Source: Akkermansiaceae bacterium
GTDB taxonomy: Bacteria; Verrucomicrobiota; Verrucomicrobiia; Verrucomicrobiales; Akkermansiaceae
Reading direction: 5' to 3'
Length of the DNA: 64,000 bases
NCBI GenBank assembly: GCA_051251915.1
Contig: JBPOGF010000011.1
Coordinates: 64,001-128,000, forward strand
Shown: positions 49,707 to 59,079 of the stretch, piece after piece
Position numbering within the stretch: position 1 is the first letter of the stretch
Layout: every line of letters starts with the position of its first letter
Notes under the pieces: model-generated
The model's input: only the letters and a program-made list of their open reading frames with translations
Told to the model about the DNA's origin: nothing
Databases searched by the model: none
Program-made: the position numbers and the translations under genes

Positions 49707-50300
49707 ATGAACCCATATCTCCAAGCCTCTGAAATCGCAGATTTTAAGCACCCCCAAGTCTCTGCAAAAGCCCAAGAACTAGCCAACTCTTGCAACGACC
49801 CAGCCACCCCAGAAGCAATTGCAAAAGCATGTTTCGAATGGGTCCGTGACCACGTCAACCACAGCGGAGATATAAAATCAGCAGGAAACGCCAACTCCGC
49901 CTCAGAAGTATTAAAAGCCGGAAATGCCTGGTGCTTCGGTAAATCCCACCTTCTCGTAGCCCTCCTCAGAGCCAACCACATCCCAGCCGCATTTTGCTAC
50001 CAACGCGTCCGTAAAGACGACCTCGGCGGCTTCACACTCCACGGACTCGTCAGCATCGAACTCCCCCACCACGGCTGGTATCGAGTCGACCCCAGAGGCA
50101 ATAAACAAGGAGTAAACGCACAATTCACCCCTCCACACGAGCAGCTCGCCTGGCCCACAACATCAGAAGGCGAAATAGACTTCCTTGAGAAATTCCCCGA
50201 ACCCCAGAACGTAGTCTGCGAATGGATACCTAGAAACACCTCCCACCAACAAGCCCTCGACACCCTCCCAGATCTAACAACACTCCCACATCAGCGTTGA
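49707..50300 (+). CDS. Transglutaminase-like domain protein
   Basis: FEWVRD, ASEVL, WCFGKSHLLVALLRA, LHG and WYRVDPRGNK (Cys-His-Asp triad). Confidence 0.88.
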   Translation: MNPYLQASEIADFKHPQVSAKAQELANSCNDPATPEAIAKACFEWVRDHVNHSGDIKSAGNANSASEVLKAGNAWCFGKSHLLVALLRANHIPAAFCYQRVRKDDLGGFTLHGLVSIELPHHGWYRVDPRGNKQGVNAQFTPPHEQLAWPTTSEGEIDFLEKFPEPQNVVCEWIPRNTSHQQALDTLPDLTTLPHQR

Positions 50301-50442
50301 CCCAGGCAATCCAGCCAGCCTCAAAACACTAGATATCATCTGAGCTACATTCATCGATGAAGTAGACGTCCCAGAAAATACCCCTCACTACCTCCATCGC
50401 TCATTCAAAAAACACCGATATGAATGGGATCTCAGTAACTAA
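50290..50442 (+). pseudogene. Remnant 3' end of a GNAT-family acetyltransferase
   Basis: Frame reads ISVDPGNPASLKTLDII*ATFIDEVDVPENTPHYLHRSFKKHRYEWDLSN*, with an N-x-A-S GNAT motif, an internal TGA at 50341 and no start codon. Confidence 0.55.
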
Positions 50443-50451
50443 TCTAACACC

Positions 50452-50886
50452 ATGAACATTGCCCCAGTAACCAACCAACACAAAACAATACTCTTCAACA
50501 TCCATGAAACCTGCTTCCGCCACCACATCGAAGAAATCTGGGGCTGGGATGACATGTGGCAATGGGATTACTTTTGCAAAGAATGGGATCAATCCAAATG
50601 GAGACTCCTACTAGAGAACGACCAAGTAATAGGCTACCTCTGCTGGACACTAGAACCAGAACACCTCTACCTAAAGAACATCTCACTCATCCCTGAATAC
50701 CAAGGCAGAGGACTAGGTAAACTAGCCATGAAATTCATCCAAGACCTCGCCACAAAAAACAATCTCCCCATCAAATTATCAGTATTCCGCTCCAACAAAC
50801 GCGTCCAGAAATTCTATGAAAACCTAGGTTTTAAAATCTCCAAAGTTTTAGAAACAGGCGTCCGCATGACCAAACCCCATGAATAA
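50452..50886 (+). CDS. GNAT family N-acetyltransferase
   Basis: PEYQGRGLG acetyl-CoA motif; N....FYENLGF. Confidence 0.88.
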   Translation: MNIAPVTNQHKTILFNIHETCFRHHIEEIWGWDDMWQWDYFCKEWDQSKWRLLLENDQVIGYLCWTLEPEHLYLKNISLIPEYQGRGLGKLAMKFIQDLATKNNLPIKLSVFRSNKRVQKFYENLGFKISKVLETGVRMTKPHE

Positions 50887-51421
50887 AGAAATTAACAAAA
50901 TCATGATTATAGGGTGCTGTGGAGCGGGAAAATCCACACTTTCATTCAAACTCAAAGAACATTTCAAACTCCCCCTCTACCACCTAGACCGCCTATTCTG
51001 GAAACCAGGTTGGATCCAAGCAGAACGAAATGATTACATCGCCAAACATCAAGAAATCATTGAAAAACCACAGTGGATCATCGACGGGAACTACAGCTTC
51101 ACCATGCCAGATCGACTCGAAAAAGCAGACTTAATCATCTGCATGGATCTACCACGCTGGCTATGTATATGGGGGATTTTCAAGCGCCGAATCCAATACA
51201 GAAATAAATCCCGTCCAGACATGACCACCGGCTGCAACGAGCGACTCGAATGGGAATTCACAAAATATGTCTGGAACTTCCACCGTGACCAACGCCCAAA
51301 ACTAATGGAACATCTTGCAGATATCAAAGGACAGAAACCCATCCACATCCTGACCAGCAGAAAGCAAACTGCCCGTCTGTTAGATGCCATTGTTCATGAT
51401 TCTAATGAGCCCCATCAATAA
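50879..51421 (+). CDS. P-loop kinase, FlaR/topology-modulation (adenylate kinase-like) family
   Basis: IIGCCGAGKST, HLDRLFWKPGW, WIIDGNY and RPDMTTGCNE. Confidence 0.85.
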   Translation: MNKEINKIMIIGCCGAGKSTLSFKLKEHFKLPLYHLDRLFWKPGWIQAERNDYIAKHQEIIEKPQWIIDGNYSFTMPDRLEKADLIICMDLPRWLCIWGIFKRRIQYRNKSRPDMTTGCNERLEWEFTKYVWNFHRDQRPKLMEHLADIKGQKPIHILTSRKQTARLLDAIVHDSNEPHQ

Positions 51422-51530
51422 AGGCTCACCGAAAATCGAGTATTTCCAAGCTTGATCGTTTCGCGCTTGTAAATCACCGAGAATGAAAGAATCTGGAACT
51501 TCTTATCCGTAATTCACCTCAATACTTATC

Positions 51531-52649
51531 ATGACTCAAGATCCACACCCCTTCTCCGCTAAAGAAATGTCCACACGCTTGGCTAACATCCGAGCCGCCA
51601 TGTCAGCCAGCAATCTTGACGCCATCATCACCACCGACGCCTCAAACGTCCGCTACACCACCGGCTTCCGTGGCGAACCCCGCACCCTCCTCATCACCGC
51701 CGACGAGCTCATCCTATTCACCTCATTCAGAACCCTCCCATGGGCACAAGAACAGACCAAAAACATTACCTCTAACATCCAACTCAACACCTCCCCAACC
51801 GCCCTAACAGACATCGCAAAAAAACTTACCTCTAAGCCACTAAAAATCGGCATCGACCGCTATGTAAGTCAGCATACATTCCTCACCTGGCAATCCACCT
51901 TCCCCACCCACCAACTCCAGCCCGTATCCATCATAGAACAAGTTCGCCAATTCAAATCCCCCGCAGAAATCTCCCTGATGCAGCACTCCCAAGTCATCAA
52001 CGAAACCATCTTCAACAACGTCATCTCCCAAATCAAACCTGGCATGACCGAGCGATCCGTCCAAGGACTCATCCTCACAGAAATGGCTGCCAACACAGAA
52101 GTCGACGGCTACTCATTCAACCCCATCGTCGCCGTCGGCCCAAACGCATGGGAAATCCACCACCTCCCAGACCACACCGTCATCAAAGAAAATGACATGA
52201 TCCTCATCGACCACGGCGTCTTCTACCAAGGCTACGCATCAGACATGACCCGCACCGTCTGCCTAGGCACAGCCACCGATGAAATGCACACCATCTACAA
52301 CACCGTAGGCACCGCCCAGAAAGCCGCCATCAACGCCATCAAACCCGGCACCACCACCTTCGCAATAGACCAAGCAGCACGCCAAATCATCACCACCGCC
52401 GGACACGCACGCTGCTTCACCCACGGCCTCGGCCACAGTATCGGCCTAGAAACCCACGACCCAGGCCCCAACTTTAACCAAAACGACAACGGCGACACCC
52501 TCGCCCCCGGCATGGCATTCACCGTCGAGCCCGGCATCTACCTAGAAAACGGCTTTGGCGTCCGCACAGAAGACGTCATCATCGTTACAGAAACTGGCCA
52601 CACCAACCTCACCGCCCAATCCCACCAACTCATCGAACTATCACTCTAA
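51531..52649 (+). CDS. Xaa-Pro peptidase (M24B)
   Basis: Creatinase-type N-terminus; IDHG, YASDMTRT, HGLGHSIGLETHD, VEPGIY and GVRTED. Confidence 0.92.
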   Translation: MTQDPHPFSAKEMSTRLANIRAAMSASNLDAIITTDASNVRYTTGFRGEPRTLLITADELILFTSFRTLPWAQEQTKNITSNIQLNTSPTALTDIAKKLTSKPLKIGIDRYVSQHTFLTWQSTFPTHQLQPVSIIEQVRQFKSPAEISLMQHSQVINETIFNNVISQIKPGMTERSVQGLILTEMAANTEVDGYSFNPIVAVGPNAWEIHHLPDHTVIKENDMILIDHGVFYQGYASDMTRTVCLGTATDEMHTIYNTVGTAQKAAINAIKPGTTTFAIDQAARQIITTAGHARCFTHGLGHSIGLETHDPGPNFNQNDNGDTLAPGMAFTVEPGIYLENGFGVRTEDVIIVTETGHTNLTAQSHQLIELSL

Positions 52650-52664
52650 CAACAAATTTCCACC

Positions 52665-53564
52665 ATGCTCCAGAACTACAACGAAAACAACAAAGACATC
52701 ATCGTCTACATCGACGGCAAACTCGTCCACCGCGACCAAGCAGGCATCTCACCCTTCGACTCCTCCGTCCAAAATGGGGACACCTGCTGGGAAGGACTAC
52801 GCCTCTACGATGGTAAAATTTTCAAACTAGAAGAACACCTAGACCGCCTCTACAACAGCGCCTCCCTCCTCCGCTACCAAGGCCTCCCCACCCGCGAAGA
52901 AATCATAGAAGCCATCAAAAAAACTCTCGACGCTAACAACATGCACGATGCTGTCCACCTCAGACTCATCCTCTCCCGCGGCCTCAAATACACCTCCGGT
53001 CTAGACCCCCGCATCAACACCAAAGGCTGCTCCCTCTTCATCCTCGCCGAGCACAAAGCCCCCGTCTACGACCAATCCGGCCTCACCCTCATCACCGCAA
53101 AACAACGCCGCCCATTCGCAAACGTCCTCGACCAGCACATCCACTCATCAAACCAACTCACCTCCATCCTAGCCAAGCTCGAAGCCAACGACGCCGGTGC
53201 TGACGATGCCCTCATGTTAGACACCGAAGGAAATCTAGCAGAAACCAACGCCACCCACGTCTTCCTCGTCAAAGACAACACCATCCTCACCTCCACCACC
53301 AAAGCCTGCCCCACCGGCATCACTCGAGATACCCTCATTAAAATGTGCGCGGAACATAGCTTCCCACTAGAAATCCGCGACATCCCAGAAGCCGAGATCC
53401 ACCTAGCAGACGAAGTCTTCTGCACCGGCACCATGGGAGAAATCATCGCAGTAACAAAAGTAGACAACACCATCTACAACAACGGACAACCCGGCACAAT
53501 GACCCTAAAACTAGCTAAAATATACAAGGAACTTACCCAAACAATCGGCTACCCCATGACCTAG
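52665..53564 (+). CDS. PLP-dependent aminotransferase class IV (BCAT/DAAT/ADC-lyase-like)
   Basis: SPFDSSVQNGD..WEGLR, HLDRL, ALMLD, GITR and ADEVFCTGTMGE. Confidence 0.88.
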   Translation: MLQNYNENNKDIIVYIDGKLVHRDQAGISPFDSSVQNGDTCWEGLRLYDGKIFKLEEHLDRLYNSASLLRYQGLPTREEIIEAIKKTLDANNMHDAVHLRLILSRGLKYTSGLDPRINTKGCSLFILAEHKAPVYDQSGLTLITAKQRRPFANVLDQHIHSSNQLTSILAKLEANDAGADDALMLDTEGNLAETNATHVFLVKDNTILTSTTKACPTGITRDTLIKMCAEHSFPLEIRDIPEAEIHLADEVFCTGTMGEIIAVTKVDNTIYNNGQPGTMTLKLAKIYKELTQTIGYPMT

Positions 53565-53615
53565 CTCTCCCACATTCCTGCTTGCCTTCATCCCCCAATC
53601 AGTGACCATGATAAA

Positions 53616-54530
53616 ATGAAAACCTTCAAAATCGTAGCCACCATCAACACCCCAGTAGAAACCTGCTGGAACGCCTGGACAAATGTGCAGATCGCAAAAA
53701 AATGGCTAGGTACAACACATTGCGGAACCAAACCAGGTCATGACTACCGCATTTCCACCCCCATCCCCTACCTTTCAGGAAGACACCAAATCTCAGAAAT
53801 CACCCCCAACCAAAACCTAAAACTCAACTATTCCCTAGATGGATGGCCAGCAGAAGTCGTCGTTCAATTTGACGAAGAAGAAAACAAAACCAAACTCACA
53901 ATCGACTTCTCAATAGACACCACAGCCGCGCCAGAACACATCGAACCACTATCTACCTCAGGAAAACTCTTCTACTTTATCAGAGGAAGCTGGAACCATG
54001 CCATCTTCAGATTACGCAGTCTACTAGAAGATCAAAATCTTGGTGTATTCATCGATAATAAAAATAATGATCATGAAATCAACCTCTCCATCGATATCAA
54101 ATCCACCCCAGAAAAACTCTACAACGCATTATTAGACGTAAAGCAAATGCAACAATGGGCTGGTTCAGATTTCGTCCTAGATGAAAGCATAATAGACCCA
54201 AAAGTAGACGGAATCTACAGCTACGCATGGTATCCAAAAGACACCCCAGAACAAGACCTCCAAGACGGCCCCAGTAAAATTCTCCAACTAGAACCCAACA
54301 AACTCCTAGTCCACAACTGGCATGGCGGCCAAAAAATCGCCGAAATATCTTGGTTACTAGAAGACATAGGCAACGGCATCACCCGCCTAAAATTCAAACA
54401 CAGCCCCATCCTCGGCCACACCCACGGAAACGTCTGGAGCTACCGCTCAGGCTGGTCAGAAGGCCTTTACGATCTCAAATGGTATGCCGAACGCGGCGAA
54501 CTCAATAATTACTGGATCACTAGCAAATAA
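53616..54530 (+). CDS. Tandem SRPBCC/AHSA1-like domain protein
   Basis: Two START-like repeats (TPVETCWNAWT / STPEKLYNALL ... GW). Confidence 0.78.
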   Translation: MKTFKIVATINTPVETCWNAWTNVQIAKKWLGTTHCGTKPGHDYRISTPIPYLSGRHQISEITPNQNLKLNYSLDGWPAEVVVQFDEEENKTKLTIDFSIDTTAAPEHIEPLSTSGKLFYFIRGSWNHAIFRLRSLLEDQNLGVFIDNKNNDHEINLSIDIKSTPEKLYNALLDVKQMQQWAGSDFVLDESIIDPKVDGIYSYAWYPKDTPEQDLQDGPSKILQLEPNKLLVHNWHGGQKIAEISWLLEDIGNGITRLKFKHSPILGHTHGNVWSYRSGWSEGLYDLKWYAERGELNNYWITSK

Positions 54531-54552
54531 TCTTTCAGCCACCCTCAAGATA

Positions 54553-55092
54553 GTGATCCAACGAATAACACAAGCCGATGCCCAAGAGTTGTTCACCCTT
54601 ACAACTCAAAACCGGCAATTCCTACGCCAATGGCTCCCGTGGCTAGATGAAACCAAAACCTTGGACGACACCAAAGAATTCATCAGCAATTCAACCACTG
54701 CTTTCGAAATCGGTCACCGCATCACCTACACCATCCGCGAATCTAACCAATTAGCCGGCATCTGCGGATTTAACCAACTCGACTTCAATAACAAGATCGC
54801 CTACATCGGATACTGGATCGGCGAATCCTTCCAAAGCCGAGGAATTGTAACCAAAGCATGCCTAGAACTAGAAAAAATCGCCTTTGATGACCTAAAACTC
54901 AAAACCCTAGACATCAGAGTCGCCGCAAAAAACCACAAAAGCAGAGCCATCCCAGAGAGACTAGGCTACCAAAAAATCACCACTCTCCCAAATGCCGAGA
55001 CCCTCTACGGCAAGCAAGTGAATCATATAGTCTACCAAAAACAAAACTTGTTAGATCCTACCTCCGCCCCTGTAGAGCACGCATCAGAGTAA
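54553..55092 (+). CDS. GNAT family acetyltransferase, RimJ/RimL-like
   Basis: NRQFLRQWLPW, IGYWIGESFQSRG and NHKSRAIPERLGY; GTG start assumed. Confidence 0.85.
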   Translation: MIQRITQADAQELFTLTTQNRQFLRQWLPWLDETKTLDDTKEFISNSTTAFEIGHRITYTIRESNQLAGICGFNQLDFNNKIAYIGYWIGESFQSRGIVTKACLELEKIAFDDLKLKTLDIRVAAKNHKSRAIPERLGYQKITTLPNAETLYGKQVNHIVYQKQNLLDPTSAPVEHASE

Positions 55093-55663
55093 GCTCATCC
55101 GCATGTTCTAACCCTCCACCTGCTGGTAAACCTTGAGCTATCCTAGTAACCTTACACTTATGCTTCTCTAAGATCTCCACCAGATAATTTGCCGTAGCCT
55201 CACCTTCCACATCAGAACTCAAAGCCAAGATCACTTCCTGATCCTCAGATTCATTGCTAGAAATCCTCCTCAAAAGCTCAGAGATATTCAAATCATCAGG
55301 GCTAGTATTATCCAACGGCGAAAGCTTACCTCCAAGACAATGATAATACCCACCAAACGCACCAGATCGCTCCAACGGTAACACATCCGTAGGATGCTCC
55401 ACCACACAGAGACAACTAGCATCACGCCCCGTGTCCTCACAAAGATCACACCTCCCCTGTGTCGCAAAAAATCCACACCTCTTACAAAGAGATACCATCT
55501 CACGAGAACAATCCAAAGCCTTAGACAGCTCCTCAGGATTCGCCTTCTGATGCTGTATCATCCACACAGCAATCCTCTCCGCACTACGAGGCCCTACACC
55601 TGGAAGCCTCTTCAACTCAGCAATAAGAGCAACAACTGCCTCTGGATAATCTAATCTAGACAT
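55058..55663 (-). CDS. recR: Recombination mediator RecR
   Basis: LPGVGPRSAER, CxxC..CxxC zinc finger, CVVE, YHCLGG, EGEATA and TRIAQGLP. Confidence 0.96.
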   Translation of the reverse strand: MSRLDYPEAVVALIAELKRLPGVGPRSAERIAVWMIQHQKANPEELSKALDCSREMVSLCKRCGFFATQGRCDLCEDTGRDASCLCVVEHPTDVLPLERSGAFGGYYHCLGGKLSPLDNTSPDDLNISELLRRISSNESEDQEVILALSSDVEGEATANYLVEILEKHKCKVTRIAQGLPAGGGLEHADELTLMRALQGRR

Positions 55664-55668
55664 AATGA

Positions 55669-56262
55669 TTAATCTTTAGGTTGGTATTTATCAGCCTCTA
55701 GCTCTCTTTGCTCCTCAGTCACCACCAACGGAGAAATATCAATATCCTCAGCCTCAGGTTTCACCACCTTCACTTTCATAGGAACCAACATCTCACAAGG
55801 CATCCTATGCTGACAACTATAAATAAACGCACATATCCAAGACCACAACACCCCAACAAACACCGTCATCGGCGACCAAAAAACATCCCACAGCATCAGC
55901 ACCGGCGAACTCAAAATCACCACCGCAGACAACAACAAAATCATCATAACCCGACGCCACTTCTTATCAGTATCCAACACCGCAAACGAAATCCCAAAGG
56001 TAAACAACAGCACCAAAACCCAATCCCACGCTACATGCCACCCACTCGACTCCGCCATATAAAACGGCTCCCCCATATAGTATTCTTTCAGCGCCAGACC
56101 CACCCCTTCATATCGATCGATGACCGATAAAATAATCGTCAACACCGCTCCCACCGCGCCACAAATCAGCGCAGGAAGCATCACTTCCCCCTCAGGTTTA
56201 TCTGGTTTAACTGGAGCCACTACGCCTTGCTGCTCTGAAATATGTTCGCTAGTTGATTGCAC
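55669..56262 (-). CDS. Hypothetical membrane protein
   Basis: About four TM segments; sits between clpX-like and recR in an apparent operon. Confidence 0.7.
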   Translation of the reverse strand: MQSTSEHISEQQGVVAPVKPDKPEGEVMLPALICGAVGAVLTIILSVIDRYEGVGLALKEYYMGEPFYMAESSGWHVAWDWVLVLLFTFGISFAVLDTDKKWRRVMMILLLSAVVILSSPVLMLWDVFWSPMTVFVGVLWSWICAFIYSCQHRMPCEMLVPMKVKVVKPEAEDIDISPLVVTEEQRELEADKYQPKD

Positions 56263-56265
56263 TTT

Positions 56266-57936
56266 TTAGTCACTGGTTGAAGCCGATTCAGCGGAACCAT
56301 CTCCGCCCTCCTCATCCTTCTTGGCGACATCATAAGAGCGAACTACCATGTCACTCAAGAACTTGTCTGCATCTTTTATCGCTTCTTTACAAATTTCGAA
56401 GCTCTCCCGACCATTATTTCCCTGTATCAGCTTAAGCCCAAACTGGTAATCCTTAAACTTAGTCCTACATATCTGTAACACACTGCGTCCCTGAATCGAC
56501 GACAATTCAGCCAACTCCAGCACCGCATCCTCGGTAAAGTCCATATGCACCCCATGTTTAGCACTAAATTCCCGCGTATAAATAGCCACCTCATCACGCA
56601 CTTTCTCGATATTTACCTTCAGTCCCTCCTCCCGATACCTCGCAAGAACAGCCTCCTTATTATCGATTAAATCCGCATCAATCTTCAGCTCAGAAACAGA
56701 CGTCCCAGGAAGCTCAAACTTAAACTCCCGCAGCATATCCGCCAACACCGTCATCAGCGCACGCGCCCCAGTATTCTCCTTCTCAGCTAACTCCGCCACC
56801 TTCTCAATAGAGCTATCCTCAAAGCGCGCATGGATCCCATACGCCTCAAATTCCCGCTCATACTGCCGCAAAATACTACCCTCAGAAAACTTCATAATAT
56901 TCACAAAGTCATCCTTCTCCAGCTTCTCACACACCACCCTCACAGGCAGCCTCCCCACAAATTCCGCCTCAAAGCCAAAATCTATAAAATCCTGCGTCTC
57001 CACATTCCTAAACAACTCACTATCCAGCACCTCAGTCCGCTCACCAGTCTGAAAACCTATCCGCGTACTCTGCACCCGCTGAGAAATAATCTTCTCCAGC
57101 CCAGAAAACGCCCCACTCACAATAAACAAAATGTGCCTAGTATTTATCGTCTCCTTCTTCGGCTTAGCCCCACGTTCCATCGCCATCATAGACATCATCT
57201 GACCCTTCATATCCATCGGATTACTCAGAGCCACCTCAGTCTCCTCCATCAGCTTCAGCAAAGTCGTCTGCACCCCACGCCCACTCACATCCTTACCAAA
57301 TGAACCACCACCCTTACTAGCCAGCTTATCCACCTCATCTATATAAATAATCCCATACTCCGCCAACTCCACATTCCCATCAGCCTTCCTCACCAACTCA
57401 CGAACCAAATCATCCACATCACCACCCACATACCCAGTCTCAGAGAATTTCGTAGCATCCGCCTTCACAAATGGAACCCCTATCATCTCCGCAATATGCT
57501 TCACCAAATAAGTCTTCCCCACACCCGTAGGCCCCACCACGATCACATTCTGCTTCTGATACTCCAGCGTATCCTCCTCCCCACTCTCCTCCATCGCACG
57601 CACATTCTTCGCATGATTATAATGATCACACACCGCAATCGACAAAGCCTTCTTAGCCTCATCCTGCCTAATCACAAACCGATCCAAATGCGTCTTAACC
57701 TCCCTAGGAATCAAATGAAAATCATCCAGCGCCTCCAACGTATCTACTATCTCCATCGGTTCCGGTTCCTCATCCTCAGGCACCCCCTTATCCGCATCCT
57801 GCATAAACGGACTAAATGCCATCCCCTTCCCACCTATCTTACTAAATAAATCCTTCAACGTCTCCTGCATTTCCTCAGGTGTTGGTGGAGAGTCTGGTGT
57901 AGTCGGCTTCTTCTCGTTATCTTTTTCACTCATCAT
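56266..57936 (-). CDS. clpX: ClpX-like AAA+ ATPase lacking the N-terminal zinc domain, with a C-terminal extension
   Basis: GPTGVGKT, DATKFSETGYVG, IYIDEVDK, DVSGRGVQ, IGF loop, EFVGRLPV and TGARAL. Confidence 0.8.
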   Translation of the reverse strand: MMSEKDNEKKPTTPDSPPTPEEMQETLKDLFSKIGGKGMAFSPFMQDADKGVPEDEEPEPMEIVDTLEALDDFHLIPREVKTHLDRFVIRQDEAKKALSIAVCDHYNHAKNVRAMEESGEEDTLEYQKQNVIVVGPTGVGKTYLVKHIAEMIGVPFVKADATKFSETGYVGGDVDDLVRELVRKADGNVELAEYGIIYIDEVDKLASKGGGSFGKDVSGRGVQTTLLKLMEETEVALSNPMDMKGQMMSMMAMERGAKPKKETINTRHILFIVSGAFSGLEKIISQRVQSTRIGFQTGERTEVLDSELFRNVETQDFIDFGFEAEFVGRLPVRVVCEKLEKDDFVNIMKFSEGSILRQYEREFEAYGIHARFEDSSIEKVAELAEKENTGARALMTVLADMLREFKFELPGTSVSELKIDADLIDNKEAVLARYREEGLKVNIEKVRDEVAIYTREFSAKHGVHMDFTEDAVLELAELSSIQGRSVLQICRTKFKDYQFGLKLIQGNNGRESFEICKEAIKDADKFLSDMVVRSYDVAKKDEEGGDGSAESASTSD

Positions 57937-58086
57937 TTTGTATACTGAAAACCCTGCCCCAGATATCCACTTTCGCTACTAGAAAATCAGAGAAATTTTA
58001 TCATCACATCAAAAGAATTCACCCACCATCAAAACTGACAGATAATATGTTTGTTAATTCCTCAACCTACAGCATACGTTTTACCC

Positions 58087-58401
58087 ATGACATTTAAAAA
58101 CGTAACCGCAGAAGCAAAAGGCAACATCTACTTTGACGGCAAAGTAGTCTCACACAAAATCACCCTCGAAGACAACACCACCAAGACCCTAGGCATCATG
58201 TTCCAAGGCGACTACCACTTCGGCACTGAAAAGGCTGAGCGCATGGACGTCACAGACGGCACATGCACCGTCACCCTCGACGGCTCAGATGAATCCAACA
58301 ACTACACCGAAGGTGAATACTTCGAAATCCCAGCAAACTCAGGCTTCGACATCAAAGTAACCTCAAGCACCTGCCAATACGTCTGCTCATACATCGACTA
58401 A
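58087..58401 (+). CDS. ppnP: Pyrimidine/purine nucleoside phosphorylase (DUF1255)
   Basis: NIYFDGKVVS, KTLGIM, YHFGT..AERM, FEIPANSGF and YVCSY. Confidence 0.9.
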   Translation: MTFKNVTAEAKGNIYFDGKVVSHKITLEDNTTKTLGIMFQGDYHFGTEKAERMDVTDGTCTVTLDGSDESNNYTEGEYFEIPANSGFDIKVTSSTCQYVCSYID

Positions 58402-58419
58402 ACTCACACCCCTCCCTAC

Positions 58420-59079
58420 CTACCTCCCCATATCAGATCCATCCACATTTGGATACCTCGCCAGCAGCCGCGGGTGAACTTCACCGATCCGATAATACCG
58501 CTTATCTCCTCGCCTGACCTTCACCAAGCTACCACTCTGCACAATCATCACAAAAGTCAGAATCATCATCAGACCCACTACCGCAAAAAGGTAACTCTTT
58601 GAAGTCATTCCATAGGTAAGAAAAGCAACGGAAACAAGGATCACCAACGATTGCTTCCACACCTTCTTAGTTTCGTTCACCCGCAAATATTCAGCACAAT
58701 AAAAATCAACGTTAGATTTTTTCCTCAAAAGCACGGGCACAGCATGAACAGTCATTAATAGAAAAATTGGATTAAAAAACCAACCTTCAACCATAGGAAA
58801 AAACAGGTTCAAAAAATAGAGAGCAAAAAGAACCACATACAATAACTTGAGCATCACATAGTTTTTCAAATAAAAACGATGAATTGGCAACGGCAACGGC
58901 TCCACATGCCTCGCCACATCCTCTCCAGTTACAAAACAAACCCTCGGTGAAACAAAATCACTCCGAAATACCAAATCCCCACCATCCGCATACGCCACCT
59001 CAGTCAGACCATCCGCACTAAACGGTGCCACCGCACCAGGCGCCTCATAAGGATTCACCTCCCGCTCACTTCTGGACAT
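58420..59079 (-). CDS. Hypothetical membrane protein
   Basis: NPYEAP N-terminal motif common in PVC membrane proteins, CFVTG, TM pairs and VHPRLL. Confidence 0.65.
   Translation of the reverse strand: MSRSEREVNPYEAPGAVAPFSADGLTEVAYADGGDLVFRSDFVSPRVCFVTGEDVARHVEPLPLPIHRFYLKNYVMLKLLYVVLFALYFLNLFFPMVEGWFFNPIFLLMTVHAVPVLLRKKSNVDFYCAEYLRVNETKKVWKQSLVILVSVAFLTYGMTSKSYLFAVVGLMMILTFVMIVQSGSLVKVRRGDKRYYRIGEVHPRLLARYPNVDGSDMGR

Noticed and set aside
50341..50343. In-frame TGA as selenocysteine or recoded Gly/Trp
   Set aside because: TGA is used as a normal stop elsewhere (hisD, 49647, 60990), the fragment has no start codon, and I saw no SECIS-like hairpin.
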